Both the position numbers and the translations under genes were made by a program. Source: Squalus acanthias (Eukaryota). Taken from it: 64,000 nt of DNA. The stretch is taken from the NCBI GenBank assembly GCA_030390025.1, contig CM059432.1, positions 97,032,001 to 97,096,000 of the forward strand, given 5' to 3'. The notes below the pieces were generated by a model. The model saw nothing but the letters and a program-made list of their open reading frames with translations. It did not search any database and was not told the DNA's origin. Below are positions 1 through 12,879 of this stretch, piece after piece. Numbering within the stretch: position 1 is the stretch's first letter; the number at the start of each line of letters is the position of its first letter.

Positions 1-474
1 CACCGGGCCTGTGTCACATCACATGTTCAAGTCCAACTCCTATGGCATTACACTCAGTAAGTCGTGGAATATGCTTACTCTTACCTGATTCCAATGTCTT
101 TGTGTTGTTGTTTCTCTCTGCATATCCTTTTCTGCTTCTGCTCCTGTCTCTCTCTTTCTCTTCTTTGCTGCTTCTCTTCCCTTAACTCTTGTTTGCTTCA
201 ATCTGTTTTTTTCTTTCCTTTTGGGCAGGAGGTGGTGGGTGATATGATGTGGTGTGGTAGAGATAGCAGCCACCAATAGCTACAGGGCTACATTGTGGAA
301 AAAGGTGTGTTCCTGGGCAACTCCCTTCCCATTCCTTCGCCAATCATTTGAACTTACCCCACCCTCTTTCTCCCATTTCATCCCTTACACATTCACCTTT
401 CCACTGCCCATTCTCCTTCTTACCATGCTTCACTCCTATCAGTACCCCTATCTCTTCCCCTTTGAACTCCTACT

Positions 475-1935
475 TGTAAGATACTCGAAATTCACAGATC
501 CCCAAAACTCAGAGAAAAACCCTAAAGAAAAGGACTTTGGACTCTTTTCTAACCACTTCAGGGTGATAAAATGTATTGGGCCTAACAGAGGGAGATTCAA
601 GGTCAAAAACCAAGATTTGGTATTTTAAAAAGGCATGTTTGGGCTTGTAAAGGAAAAGGCTGCAACAGGAGATGGGCTCAACCTCTGTAATAGATGGTTT
701 GAGTATTGGAGTTAATCAAACTGTCTGGGGAACTGTTTAACGTCACTCAGCCCCTATCAGACAATTTACATTCTAACAATAGACCCACGGAAGAGCAGTC
801 CCCACCCAGATTACAGGACCCATCCAAAACATGCTTAAAACAAATCACCTCGCCCCACTCCATAGAAATCTCAGGCCCAGTCAGGAAACTTGAAACCTGA
901 GCACAATGACTACAATCAAGTAAGAGCTCAACAGCTCATGGAACCCTCCCGAAACCACTTCACACATTCATAAACAAGTTACTGTTAATGAGCCCGCCAA
1001 AATCTCACAATAAACCGGGACTGATTTGGCGCGCAGATTAGGAGGCCCCAATTAGTATAATTGAGGGCCTGTTTTCTCAAGAAGACAGTTCAGCAGTTAC
1101 ACAGTTACAACAAGTTCTCTACAAGCTCTACAGTTCTCGGCAGTTCTCAGGAGTTCATCGAGTTCGAAGAAGTTCACAGTTCTAGAAGCAGGTCAATACA
1201 CAAGAAGAGACCAGAGCAACAGTTCCAGTGACCATCAGACACCTCGCGGCAACAAGGGCCTTACGAAACAACCAACCGAATATTACCACCAACCAACCGG
1301 GTAATATTGGGCCACCGCGACCAAAGAAAACCAACTCAGGAGAAAGCCGAAGATTAGCAAGTTTTCCACTCTGCAATCTATTCCTGACTTACCCCATGGT
1401 AAGATTTTTACTTAAAAAGACTCTAAACCCTATCTCTAACAGAAGAAAAGTGGGTACTCACCCGATAAATCCAATACGCACCCTACCGCATCAGCAGACT
1501 CACGAAGACTGACCAGATACGCAGTCGAAGTCCTCTACCACATCCGGGGTACGGCAGGCACCAACCAACACACCCAGCGAACCCCGAAACCGCAAACCAG
1601 CTCAACTGTCAAGGATTCGTTTGGTGAGCATTATCCCTGGTCCTCTAGAGCCCAACTTAGCTAGTAAAGTGGGATTGGGAGGGGTGAGGTATTTTTCTAC
1701 TGTAATTTCCCTCATGTGTATTGAAGTGTTCCCCATTTTATTAGTGTGTTAAGATTGTTGTGTTATATTTTCTCTCTTGAATAAAGATCAAAGTTTCTTG
1801 CACCAAAACCAGTTGTCTGCTGCATTTTTTGTCACAACCCCCAAATAAGTCCAAGGTCTAGAACCAAGGGATTGGGAGCGATTCAAACCACCCATAAGTC
1901 AGAGGTGAAGCTGACACACACCACCACCCCCTACA
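475..1935 (+). mobile_element. Solo LTR (ERV1/Gypsy-type), ~1.46 kb
   Basis: Starts TGTAAG (475) and ends CCCCTACA (1935), flanked by an exact 4-bp TSD TACT (471-474, 1936-1939). AATAAA at 1780-1785. The 3' part resembles the LTR at 18639-20347. No internal coding region. Confidence 0.8.
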
Positions 1936-2862
1936 TACTCAACCCCTGCATCTTCTCCTCCCCCTTGCTCTGCTGTCACTCACCCTTAATTCTCCCAGAA
2001 CTCTTCCCCACATCTAGTTGCTTTACCCAAGGGTGGGTTCCCTCAGCCTTAACCAATCTGATTCCTCCTCCAGCTGTCCTACCATTGCTTCCAACCTGCT
2101 TCCCTCAAATAGGCATTGTTTGCTTTCAAAATTCAACTTGCTTTTTTTAAAAGAAATCAAATTAGAATAAGAAAAGAAACTGCCTGTTTGCCCTTCTCTC
2201 TATTCGTGTCTGTTTCTCTGTCTTGGTTTATCTCTCCTTGACCCCCACCCCACTTCCTATTTTACTATCTCAGCTTAATTACTTTTTAACTTCATAGGAC
2301 ACAAAACAAAAACTACAGTAGGGTGTAATTAGAACATTAATTTGTCTCTCCCACACACACAAACACGCAGATTCACTGTTTAAAAAACACATTCAATAAA
2401 AGCATTACCTCAGTAAAGTTTCTGAAATTTGTTCTCTTGATTTTCAACATTATTTGAAGAAAACTTTTTGATCAGAAAGTGCTAGCACCTGAAACGAATT
2501 ATATCATTGGAGCAGGCTGAACAGTACTGCTGCATCCTGGGAAATGAAGTACACGCCACATTCTCAGACTACACAATCTAAAATCAGCTCGCAGAGGTAA
2601 TCACTGGGCAAAAATGTCATGGCATTAAAAGACACAAATGATAATCAAATGAATGCATTTTATCATGCTCTTATGAAATGTGTAATTATTAGATTTTTTA
2701 ATTTTTTAAACCCTTATTTTGGACAATAGAAATTTCCACTACTGAGAAAAAAATAGTGTATTAAAAAAAACTCAGCCATCAGTTTGAGCAAATTGTGGGA
2801 ATGTGATGGCCAGGTCGTGCAACCAGAAGGTGACACGATCTCACTATAAAATAGCAGCTAAT

Positions 2863-3600
2863 GGCCTGGATATTCCGATCCCTACGGGTGGGTAGGCGCT
2901 GTGTACCCACCCATAGGGACATCGGAAATGCGCTGAATACCAGCATTTCCGATCTGTCAAGAATGCTCTTGACAGATCAGGCGCCTGCCTTGGAGAAGGG
3001 CCTCTGCGGGCGGATAGTTCCGCTTTCTGGAGACCCTCCACCCGCAGAAAACCCTTTGAATTCTTACGCCTGGTAAAAGCAGACGTAAGGCCTGCTTTTA
3101 CCAGGATAAGAGTTGAATAAAAAGTTTAAAAAAAATAATTTTTCAGTCATTTATCATTTTAAAATATTTTTTAAAATGGTAAGTTTATTTTTAGCCTCGT
3201 AAAAAACTTTAATTATTTTTTTCAAAAAATTAAATTTTTATTTAAAATATTTAATTTATTGTAATTTCAACTAATTTTAAAAAGGTGATGTTTTTTTTTA
3301 AATTTATTTAAAGTTTTACTATGTTTTTTCATTGATCTCCATTCATATATTTGACAGGTCTATCTGTCAAGTGTATGAAGGGAGATTCCCTTCTTTGATT
3401 GGCTCCCCATGGCCCACGTGATCCCAGGGAAGCTTGCGAACCACATGCGCCCCTGGGATACATAGGCCCTGCACACTTGGAGTTGGAGAGGCCCAACATC
3501 AGAACTATACGCACCTCGGGAGCCCACAGGTAAGTGCATAGATTTTTTCTAGATCGGAGGCCTCCGCACGCGGGAAGCCTCCGATCGGAAAATACGGCCC
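2863..3600. mobile_element. Non-autonomous Harbinger-like MITE
   Basis: Imperfect 18-bp TIRs (GGCCTGGATATTCCGATC vs reverse complement GGGCCGTATTTTCCGATC, 14/18). Flanks AAT/ATT, GC-rich ends, AT-rich core, no coding capacity. Confidence 0.65.
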
Positions 3601-4289
3601 ATTATGTGCTACACAGCGTGCGAGACATTTAACATTGAAAATACTCATCACAGCACCACTTACTATAGATTGAAATGAGTGCCCCACATATCAAATATTT
3701 ATGTTACCCTATGTTGAGCCAGTCTGTGACAGTTATTGAAACCTATAGAGATGGAAACCATAATCCTGAATTCTGTAGACTCAAACAATTATGTACATCA
3801 CAATGCCTGAACAGGAACTCACATGATACCGCCATATTATTTTACCAATCAAAACAACTTTTGCCACTGTTGAAAAATATCTTTCCAAATATAATACAGT
3901 GGAAGTATTCAGCCCGCCCTTTGACAATCTGCCTATCATAAGGTTTATGAGTTATTCAAAAGTGCTTTGATCTGATTCAGTCATCCCAGCTGAAGTGTCA
4001 CCCAGATCACTCCATCTTTGTGGAACTTTCCACAACAAGAGTGGCCAGCTAATTTCACTTGATTCAGTGAAGTCAGCTCATAAATGTAAGCAGAATATGT
4101 TCTGCATGAATGTAAGAGCAGTATGATTGGTGAGGAGAACAAGATATCAGGCAAGCTAATTTCCAAAAGACTTCTGCTCCCATTTCAAGATAGCCTGTGT
4201 TTCGGACTGCAACAAATCTGCAAGGACAGGAATGGAACGTTAAATGACATCAGCCACACATGAGCCCATTCACCCGACTTGTCTAAATT

Positions 4290-4560
4290 GACGTTATTAA
4301 TTTGGTCTGACTTGTTACCCTTCACATACATTTGTGCACCTTGAGTAAATTTAAGAATGGTTTCCTTTGAGCCCTCCTCTAAATCATTAATGAAATTAAT
4401 GAACAGAAATTATCCCAATAAAAAGGCTGTGGAATTCCATTTGTGACGAAGTCCTAATCAGATCCAGTTCCATTAATACCAGCCCTCTGCTTATGCAATT
4501 TCAATCAGCTATCTATCCCACATAACAGTTGTCCTATTATCTCATATAATCTGATTTTTT
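4290..4560 (-). mobile_element. Highly degraded CR1 RT fragment
   Basis: AAATCATTAATGAAATTAATGAACAG reads on the minus strand like the LFxxFINDL motif region of CR1 RT; otherwise very decayed. Boundaries approximate. Confidence 0.35.
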
Positions 4561-6981
4561 TCTAATTACCACTAATACCCCAGAATTCTCCTTTGATTCC
4601 AACCAAACTACAGTAATGGTAGAGGGGAGGATCTGCCACATTGTACTATCTTAACAACCCTATGAAAGAGCACCACCTGAGACTGTTTTATTTATTTTCT
4701 AACTTGTTAGCCAGTTGCATATTTTATAGATCATGGAGTAGAATTTTCACAAGCGTTTTCCCAATCTCCGGTTGTAACCTTGATGAAAGATCAGTGGAAG
4801 CCCTGGAGATACATGCATATACAGCTGGGAGAAGCCCCACAGAAATTCTCGGCACATGCATTGAGTCTATTCAGTCTCACTGATTTAACTATTGCTATTT
4901 ATTTGCAGGCTATCTAAGATCAGCTGCAAGCACTAGTCTATGAAATGCCAACACAGGTGTCACTTCACAAGGATTGAGGGAACAGGACTCAGTTCACATG
5001 TTTGGTTGGATTTAACAAGAACCTGTAGTGAGATAGACATAAGTGAAAAAAGTAAAATAAAAAAAAATACAACCTCTCTTGCATTGGAATTTTTGCAGGC
5101 GCCATAAGAGAACAAGAAAGCATGATACAAGAAAACTAGCGCATATATTCCTTTCACAGACCATTCTGAATTTTTTGTATCATGAGCTCTACTAATGGAA
5201 GCTGAAGACTGTCAAAGCAAGTTGGAAATATTAGGTTCTGTCAACTCTGGGTGCCCCACTCAAACCTCTTTAAACAAGTAAAATATAGCACCGATTAGGA
5301 GGAAAGAATACTAATTAATTTTTAAAGTATGGAGGTGATTTGATGATACTTTTCAAGTAGTGTTTTGATTTTCAGAAGTAAATTCCAGGACAAGGCCACG
5401 AACAGAGCCTAATAATCATGGACTAATCCTTTAACCAAATCTGGTGAAGGTATCAATTTGATGCAGTTGAATTATACCAGGCAAATTCAGATATGTTTGA
5501 ATTTTTGGACAGGTTTAATGCTTAGTTATACCCCACTTTCCCATCTTTAATAGGGGTTATATGTGACCTCTTTAAGTGTTCCAATGGTGTTAATATTTGG
5601 ATTACTGAAAGGACTAAAGATTTAAAGCTGAAATATATTCAAACAAGTGTACATAATGTTTTTTTTAGTTTATTCTTCACCTTTCATAAAAGAATATTCA
5701 AAAAACAATATAACTATGAATGGATATTCTTAAATTATCATTTATCAATTATGATTTCTAATTCATTAAAATGGTCATGAGTTTATCATAAGATGCTCCA
5801 TTCCACCAATCACAACACTTTGGTAGCTTACATTTCTTGTTAAAGACAGAATACATGGATGCCCTATGCTTCAATTCAGGCACTAAATGCCAGTGTAGGT
5901 ATTGTTAAAGTAAAATGCCCAGAAATGTTTCTGTTTCCTCAATTATTGTTCTTGTGGAAAATATTTGTAGCAAGTGTCTCAAATGGTAACCTAAATATAG
6001 ATTAAAACACATTTCCACTTGTGTGTAATATGTCAAAGCTTTGAATTGAATTTAATAATGATACTGATTTGATTTCTTTCCTCACAACTGTTTTGATTAA
6101 ACTGATACTTTGTACATTATTGAGCTGGGTTTTTGACATTAACATTTCAGGTCAAAAAAGAAAGCTCTGTAATTTCCAATTGGACATCTGTTTATCTGTG
6201 GCACTGCATTCCATACAGCAATTCAGCCAGTTGGTTTCCATGTTCAGCGCAATACACTACAAGATAAAATTCATCACATACTGATGTCTGGCAGTCACCT
6301 GTATTGTCTGATTTAGTTTCAACACAGATACATTCTGACCTTTTCCACTGGTAAATTAAATGTGAAATACTTGGAAGGAATGAAGTACAAACCACAAATA
6401 AATCATGCATAGCAGGATTTAAATGTGCCTCACATTTGACCCTTGGCTGTTGATTACAGGCTTGATGTTCTTTCAAAGAGCTCTCTGAAGGAATGCAGAA
6501 AACTGATTACAAATGGGACTGTCTGTCATTCTAAGCAGTTTCATTAAGCTGAGCATATTTGTCATGTTTCATGCTGGCTGCAGCAAAATGTATTTATTTA
6601 ACAATTGTACTGCTTGACTGTCACTTTCATCAGATTTCTGTATATGTGGAACATACATAGAGTATACTCTGCTGGTACACATATAGCATGTGTAGCAAAC
6701 CAGAGTTGTATATCATAGGGAAGATTTTCAAATGTTACGGTTCTGGCCTGGAGTGTCACATGCCTGGGAGTGAATACTGAGAATTTGGGCATTGAAATGA
6801 GCAAGCCGTACAGAGTTTCTGTCCTTGGTCGGACACATTGAGCAGCAAGTCTACTAAGACCATTACATTTCTTTCAACTTAATCTTAGCTGTTCTAATAC
6901 CACTCATGGAGTACTTATGTATTCCATTTTATATTCCTATGTGTAATACTTTTGCCTGTATTACATTTCATCTGCCATTAT

Positions 6982-7345
6982 AAAAAGAAAGACTTTATAT
7001 AGCGCCTTTCCCAAAGCACACTATAGCCAATGAAGTACTTTTTGAAGTGTAGTCACTGCTGTAATCTAGGAAACGCAGCAGCTAATTTACGCACAGCAAG
7101 GTCCCACAAAGAACAATGTGATAATGACCAGATAATCTGTTCTGGTGATGTTGATTGAGTGATAAACATTGGCCAGGGGAGAACTCCCCTGCTCTTCTTT
7201 GAAATAGTACCATGGGATCTTTTATCTCCATCTGAGAGGGCAGACGGGGCCTCGGTTCAATGTCTCACCCAAAAGACGGAACCTCCGCCAGTGCAGCACT
7301 CCCTTAAGTACTGCACTGGAGTGTCAGCCTGGATATTGTGCTCAG
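6982..7345 (-). mobile_element. Deu-type tRNA SINE, copy lacking the head
   Basis: Clear similarity to the full copy at 12083-12547 (GAAGTGTAGTCACTG..., CAATGTGATAATGACCAGATAATCTG), with a TTTC-rich tail on the minus strand. Confidence 0.8.
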
Positions 7346-7409
7346 TTCCACCCACTTACATATTTTACCAAATTCATGTTGTAGTTTCCAAGCAGCAGCC
7401 TCAGAATCA

Positions 7410-7950
7410 ATTGCCCCATTCTAATTTGGTATCATTTGCAAACTTGATGAATTTGCATTGAGTTTTTAAATTCTAGTTGTTATGGTATATTAGAAACAAA
7501 AGGGGTCTCAACATTAATCCTTAGGGCACTCTGTTCAATATGTCCCCCCAACCCAACATAAAACCTCTAACCACTGCTTTCTACTTATCAGCAAATTCTT
7601 ACCTATTTCAAGTTTTACCCTGAATCCCTACCATTTTGAACTTGACTAGTAGCCTTCAATGTGGAAATTTGTCTAAAGTCTAGGTACACCATGTTGTAGG
7701 GCTTTCCAGGTGTAATTGGGATGTTTCATTCAGCAAAAACATCAAGGAGGTTGATCAGGCAGGATCTTCCCTTCTGAATCCTCATTAGCTGCTAGGTTAT
7801 TATTGTACACGTAATTGTCAATTTTACTCCTGATAGTCAGTTTCATTACTTTACCTTGTATTGAAGAAAGATTAATGGGCCAGTAGTTGCCTACATCTGC
7901 TTTATCAACCTTTTTGAAAATGGGCAACATATTAGCCTGTTTTCGATCGA
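7410..7950 (-). mobile_element. Degraded CR1 LINE ORF2 fragment
   Basis: ORF 7742-7930(-) has PIFKKVDKADVGNYWPINLSSIQGKVMK, matching the CR1 PxFKKGxxxxxGNYRPISL motif. Boundaries approximate. Confidence 0.7.
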
Positions 7951-9291
7951 CCAGTGACCTCCCCAGTGTTCATCAACAATCCCTCACAAGTCTCTTACCT
8001 TTGCTCTATTAATACCCTGGGATCAATACCATCAATACTAGGAATTTATGGTCAGAACATTGAATTTCACCTGGGGTGTAAAACAGGCAGTAGCGAATCG
8101 GCCGCCCATTGTACACTCCGCCCAATTTTCCTTTCCATTGATTTTGAACGGGTGTATGATGGGCGGCCGATGAGCTGCCACTTGTTATAGCCGTTGCCAA
8201 AGTTAAAAGGTTTGTCCTAATTGTTTTGAACCCCTTTAGCCTATCGGGACTTGTATCTCATTTATATCAACTTGGGTTATTGCTATTGAGGGAGAGCATG
8301 TTGTTTATGTCTTTCCAAGTTGGAGAAAGTAAATAAATACAATATTTTAACCACAATAAGTTAAAATACTCAAGCTGAGATTTTCCACCTGGAGGTGGGT
8401 GGTGTGAAAAGAACACCCACCCAACCTACACTGCACTGATTCTACATGTATTTCAGGGGTCAGCATCATTACCATAAATTCAGAGAGCTCCCAGTATGGG
8501 AAACACCTATCATTGGGAGCTTTCCCATGCTGGATAACAATTTGCGTACTGTTGCAAGATTTAAAGGCCTACAGTAACTTAACGAGGCAGCACCTATCTG
8601 CAAGCGGTTCAGCAGGGCACAGAATAGCTCATTTGTCTGATATTCGGCTATAAACAATCTAATGGAGAAAATGAGACACAAAGGGAGGAACTCTTTGGGA
8701 TGGAGTGTTTAAGCGCTTGTAGACAAGTTGCCCAAGAATAATGACAGGAGGTAGCAACCAGCGGAGAAAGTCATGAGCAGCATATTGCAGAGCTGGACAC
8801 AGGGTACGAAGAACTTTAATGACCATACCAGATCAGCCACTGAGGACTGACAATCCATGCTGGCTTAGGCGAGGTCGGAGTGTAACTCCTGCACAAGATT
8901 TTGAGAGTTGGATAATTGGGCAGAATCTGTATCCGTCGATGTATTGGGGTGGCATTTCCTACATTCGCCCCTTCACTGCTGCGTACATGCAAATGACATG
9001 TAAAATATCAGAATACCCATCACTTATATTCCCATTAGACATAATTTCCATCGGTGTACCTTACATGCAAATAAATGAGGAGTAGCCTTCTTATGAGCTG
9101 ACCCATTTAGTTGAAATTATCCATTTAAAGGTGCTTACTACCTGGAAATCGTTTGCCCATCTCTCATTTCTACCTGCATTTATCATAATTTTTTTCTTTG
9201 CTTTGGGGAGTTGCTGTCCTGGATTCTCTGGTCACCAGCACATGGTTGACTCCCATGCACATTAAGGGATATCAAAGACAGCATGAGTTTC

Positions 9292-10836
9292 CTATAGATG
9301 GTACACACTGCAGCCACGTTACGCCGGTGATGGAGGGAGTGAATTTTTAAGGTGGTGGATGGGGTGCCAATCAAGCGGGCTGCTTTGTCCTGGATGGTGT
9401 CGAGCTTCTTGAGTGTTGTTGGAGCTGCATTCATCCAGGCAAGTGGAAAGTATTCCATCACTCTCCTGACGTGTGCCTTGTAAATGGAGGAAAGGCTTTG
9501 GTGAGACACTCGCCACAGAATACCTAGCCTCTGACCTGCTCTTGTTGCCACAGTATTTATGTGGCTGGTCCAGTTAAGTTTCTGGTCAATGACGACCCCC
9601 AGGATGTTGATGGTGGGGGATTCGGTGATGGTAATGCCATTGAATGTCAAGGGGAGGTGGTTAGACTCTCGTTTGTTGGAGATAGTCATTGCCTTGCCTT
9701 CTGTGGTGCAAATGTTACCTGCCACTTATCAGCCCAAGCCTGAACATCGTCCAGGTCTTGTTGCATGCGGACATGGACTGCTTCATTATCTGATGAGTTG
9801 TGAATGGTACTGAACACTGTGCAGTCATCAGCGAACATCCCCATTTCTGACCTTATGTTGGAGCGAAGGTCATTGATGAAGCAGTTGAAGATGGTTGGGC
9901 CGAGGACACTGCCCTGAGGAACTCCTGCAGTGATGTCCTGGGGCTGTGATGATTGACCTTCAACCACCACAACCATCTTCCTTTGTGCTAGGTATGACTC
10001 CAGCCAGTGGAGCATTTTCCCCCTGATTCCCATTGACCTCAGTTTTACTAGGGCTCCTTGATGCCACACTCGGTCAAATGCTGCCTTGATGTCAAGGGCA
10101 GTCACTCTCACCTCACCTCTGGAATTCAGCTCCTTTGTCCATGTTTAGACCAAGGCTGTAATGAGGTCGGGAGCCCAGTGGTCTTGGCGGAACCCAAACT
10201 GGGCATCAGTGAGCAGGTTATTGGTGAGTAAGTGCCGCTTGATAGCACTGTTGATGACACCTTCCATCACTTTGCTGATGATTGAGAGTAGACTGATGGG
10301 GTGGTAATTGGCCAGATTGGATTTGTCCTGCTTTTTGTGGACAGGACATACTTGGGCCGTTTTCTACATTGTCGGATAGATGCCAGTGTTGCAGCTGTAC
10401 TGGAACAGCTTGGCTAGAGGCGCGGCTAGTTCTGGAGCACAAGTCTTCAGCATGATAACCGGGATGTTGTCGGGGCCCATAGCCTTTGCTGTATCCAGTG
10501 CGCTCAGCCGTTTCTTGATATCACATGGAGTGAATCGAATTGGCTGAAGATTGGCTTCTGTGATGGTTGGGACCTCAGGAGTCGGCACTTCTGGCTGAAG
10601 ATGGTTGCAAACGCTTTAGCCTTGTATTTTGCACTCACGTGCTGGGCTCCACCATCATTGAGGATGGGGATATTCATGGAGCCTCCTCCTCCCATTAGTT
10701 GTTTAATGGTCCACCACCATTCACGACTGAATGTGGCAGGACTGCAGAGCTTTGATCTGATCCATAGATTGTGGGATCGCTTAGCCCTGTCTATAGCATG
10801 CTGCTTCCGCTTTTTAGCATGCATGTAGTCCTGTGT
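9292..10836 (-). mobile_element. CR1-clade LINE ORF2 fragment (RT)
   Basis: Frameshifted ORFs contain [31 protein letters not shown] and FADD RT motifs. Truncated at both ends. Confidence 0.92.
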
Positions 10837-11179
10837 CTCCACTTGCCAGGTCAGGAACTTCCGTATAGCAGGAATACCGCAGAATTAATCTATTTTAGGA
10901 TGTCTCCTTGGCACCAGCATAAAAGCACTATTCAGTTCTATCATGCTTCCTTGATTCCCCAGAGTTCAGAGTACATGGTGGCACCCACATTGCTCTGCAT
11001 GTTCCTACTGTAGAACTACTGAATTTCCTGTATAGAAAGAGATTCCGTCACAATATTCAAACAGTTTGTGATCAGCTACAATCAATTACATGCAAGTGGC
11101 ACATTTGCAGATAGTCCCGCCTACAACACACTTGCCATAAGGAACTCTAATCTCACAACTTTATTCAGTGAAAAAAGAT

Positions 11180-11365
11180 AAAAGAAAGACTTGCATTTAT
11201 ATAGCACAAACTCAGGATCTCCCAAAGTGCTTTACAACTAATTAAACACTTTTGAAGTGTAGTCACAGTTATAATGTAGGAAACACCGCAGCTAATTTGT
11301 ACACACCAAGGTCCCACAAACAGCAATGTGATAATGACCAGATAATCTGTTTTAGTGATGTTGGT
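11180..11365 (-). mobile_element. Deu-type SINE 3' fragment
   Basis: Matches the 3' portion of the SINE at 12083-12547, including the AAAGAAAGACTTGCATTTATATAG tail. Confidence 0.75.
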
Positions 11366-11368
11366 CTT

Positions 11369-11640
11369 CGAGACAAGGCAAACCCCTTGCTTCCATGGCT
11401 TGTGACTCCATTTTGACTGCCAAGCTTACCAGCAGAACATCGTTAGAATGAAGTCCAAACATCCACCCGAGTGGTCATTGAGAGGACTGTAGAAGTTCTG
11501 AAGGCAAGGTTTCGCTGCCTTGATAGATCAGAAGGGGTACTGCTGTATGTTGCTGAAAAGTCTCTTACACTGTGGTTGCTTGCTGTGCTTTTCACAAATT
11601 GACCATCCAGAAAGGACTGGAGATAGAATGGCAGGAGGAG
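11369..11640 (+). pseudogene. Harbinger (HARBI1-type) transposase C-terminal fragment
   Basis: Manual translation gives DKANPLLPWLVTP and TRVVIERTVEVLKARFRCLDRSEGVLLY, matching the GDKGYPL..WL.TP and IE...LK.RFRCLDRSGG motifs of the other transposases in this window. Confidence 0.75.
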
Positions 11641-12082
11641 ATGGGATCGGATGCTAAGGAACCAGGAGGCTAGCGTCGGCAGGATGAGTACTCAGATGAT
11701 TTTTCCATGCCAGTTGCCAGGGACATTCATAGGGATATCATTAGTAGAACATTCTCTTTGGAGTAAAGAGGTACTCTTAAGAACATTACTTAACAACATT
11801 CCTGCTAACTCCAATCATTTCATTCATTTTAATAGCATTAGTTGAAGATAAGTATTTGAAGGGAATCATCCCAGGTGGCAGCAGACAGCTGATATAAGTG
11901 TAAGGACAAAGGGAATACGCTGTAACACGAGAGGTTGGAGTTGTAAGGGATAGAATGCAAAAGGAGCTTGTGAGGGGAGTTCCAAACAGTAATTCCAGCT
12001 GGAAGAAGCAGAGGTCCCTTGAACTACAGTGCACTGTGAATGAAGATGTGCCATTCCATTTAAGAAGTGAGAGTGAGCAGTA

Positions 12083-12500
12083 GAAAGAAAGAAAGACTTG
12101 CATTTTTTTAGCACCTTTCACGACCACCGGACATCCCAAAGCGCTTTACAGCCAATGAAGTAATTTTGAAGTGTAGTCACTGTTGTAATGTAGGAAATGT
12201 GGCAGCCAATTTGCGCACAGCAAGCTCCCATAAACAGCAATGTGATAATGACCAGATAATCTGTTTTAGATGTTGATTGATGGATAAATATTGGCCAAGA
12301 CACCGGGGATAACTCCCCTGCTCTTCTTCGAATTAGTGCCATGGGATCTTTTACGTCCACCTGAGAGAGCAGGTGGGATCTCGGTTTAACATTTGATCTG
12401 AAAGAAGGTACCTCTGGCAGGGCAGCACTCCTTCAGCACTGCACTGAAGTGTCAGCCTAGATTTTTGTGCTCAAGTCTCTGGACTGGGACTTGAACTCAC

Positions 12501-12531
<31 letters not shown>

Positions 12532-12547
12532 AACTGAGCCATGGCTG
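12083..12547 (-). mobile_element. Full-length tRNA-derived SINE (Deu-SINE-like, L2-type tail)
   Basis: The minus strand starts GCAGCCATGGCTCAGTTGGTAGC (A box) and GAGTTCAAGTCC (B box), and ends ATGCAAGTCTTTCTTTCTTTC. Several copies are present in the window. Confidence 0.88.
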
Positions 12548-12879
12548 CCACAGCAGAAGGGGTCCCTTGGTGCTAAAATGAAAAGGTGAAGTTTGCAGTT
12601 CTCATATCTTAGCTGTCCTTGTCAAGTCATCAAACTTTTGCTATACTGTTCCTCTATCCTGGAACAAACAAAAAAAAAGCAAGAAAAAAAAGATTCTGAA
12701 ACAGCCTGTAAATGCCCCTTGCAATGTTTAAGGAGATGTCTTAAAATCGACTTCCATTTGTGGATTTGTGGACTGCCACTGTTAATAGGTGAAAACATGA
12801 ATCAGCACTATGTGGGCAGGAATGATGGAAACTAACACACACATCTAAAGGACACCATTGGGACTGCATCATCATATTA

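Noticed and set aside
12470..12547. tRNA gene
   Set aside because: The A/B boxes belong to a SINE head continuous with the SINE body.
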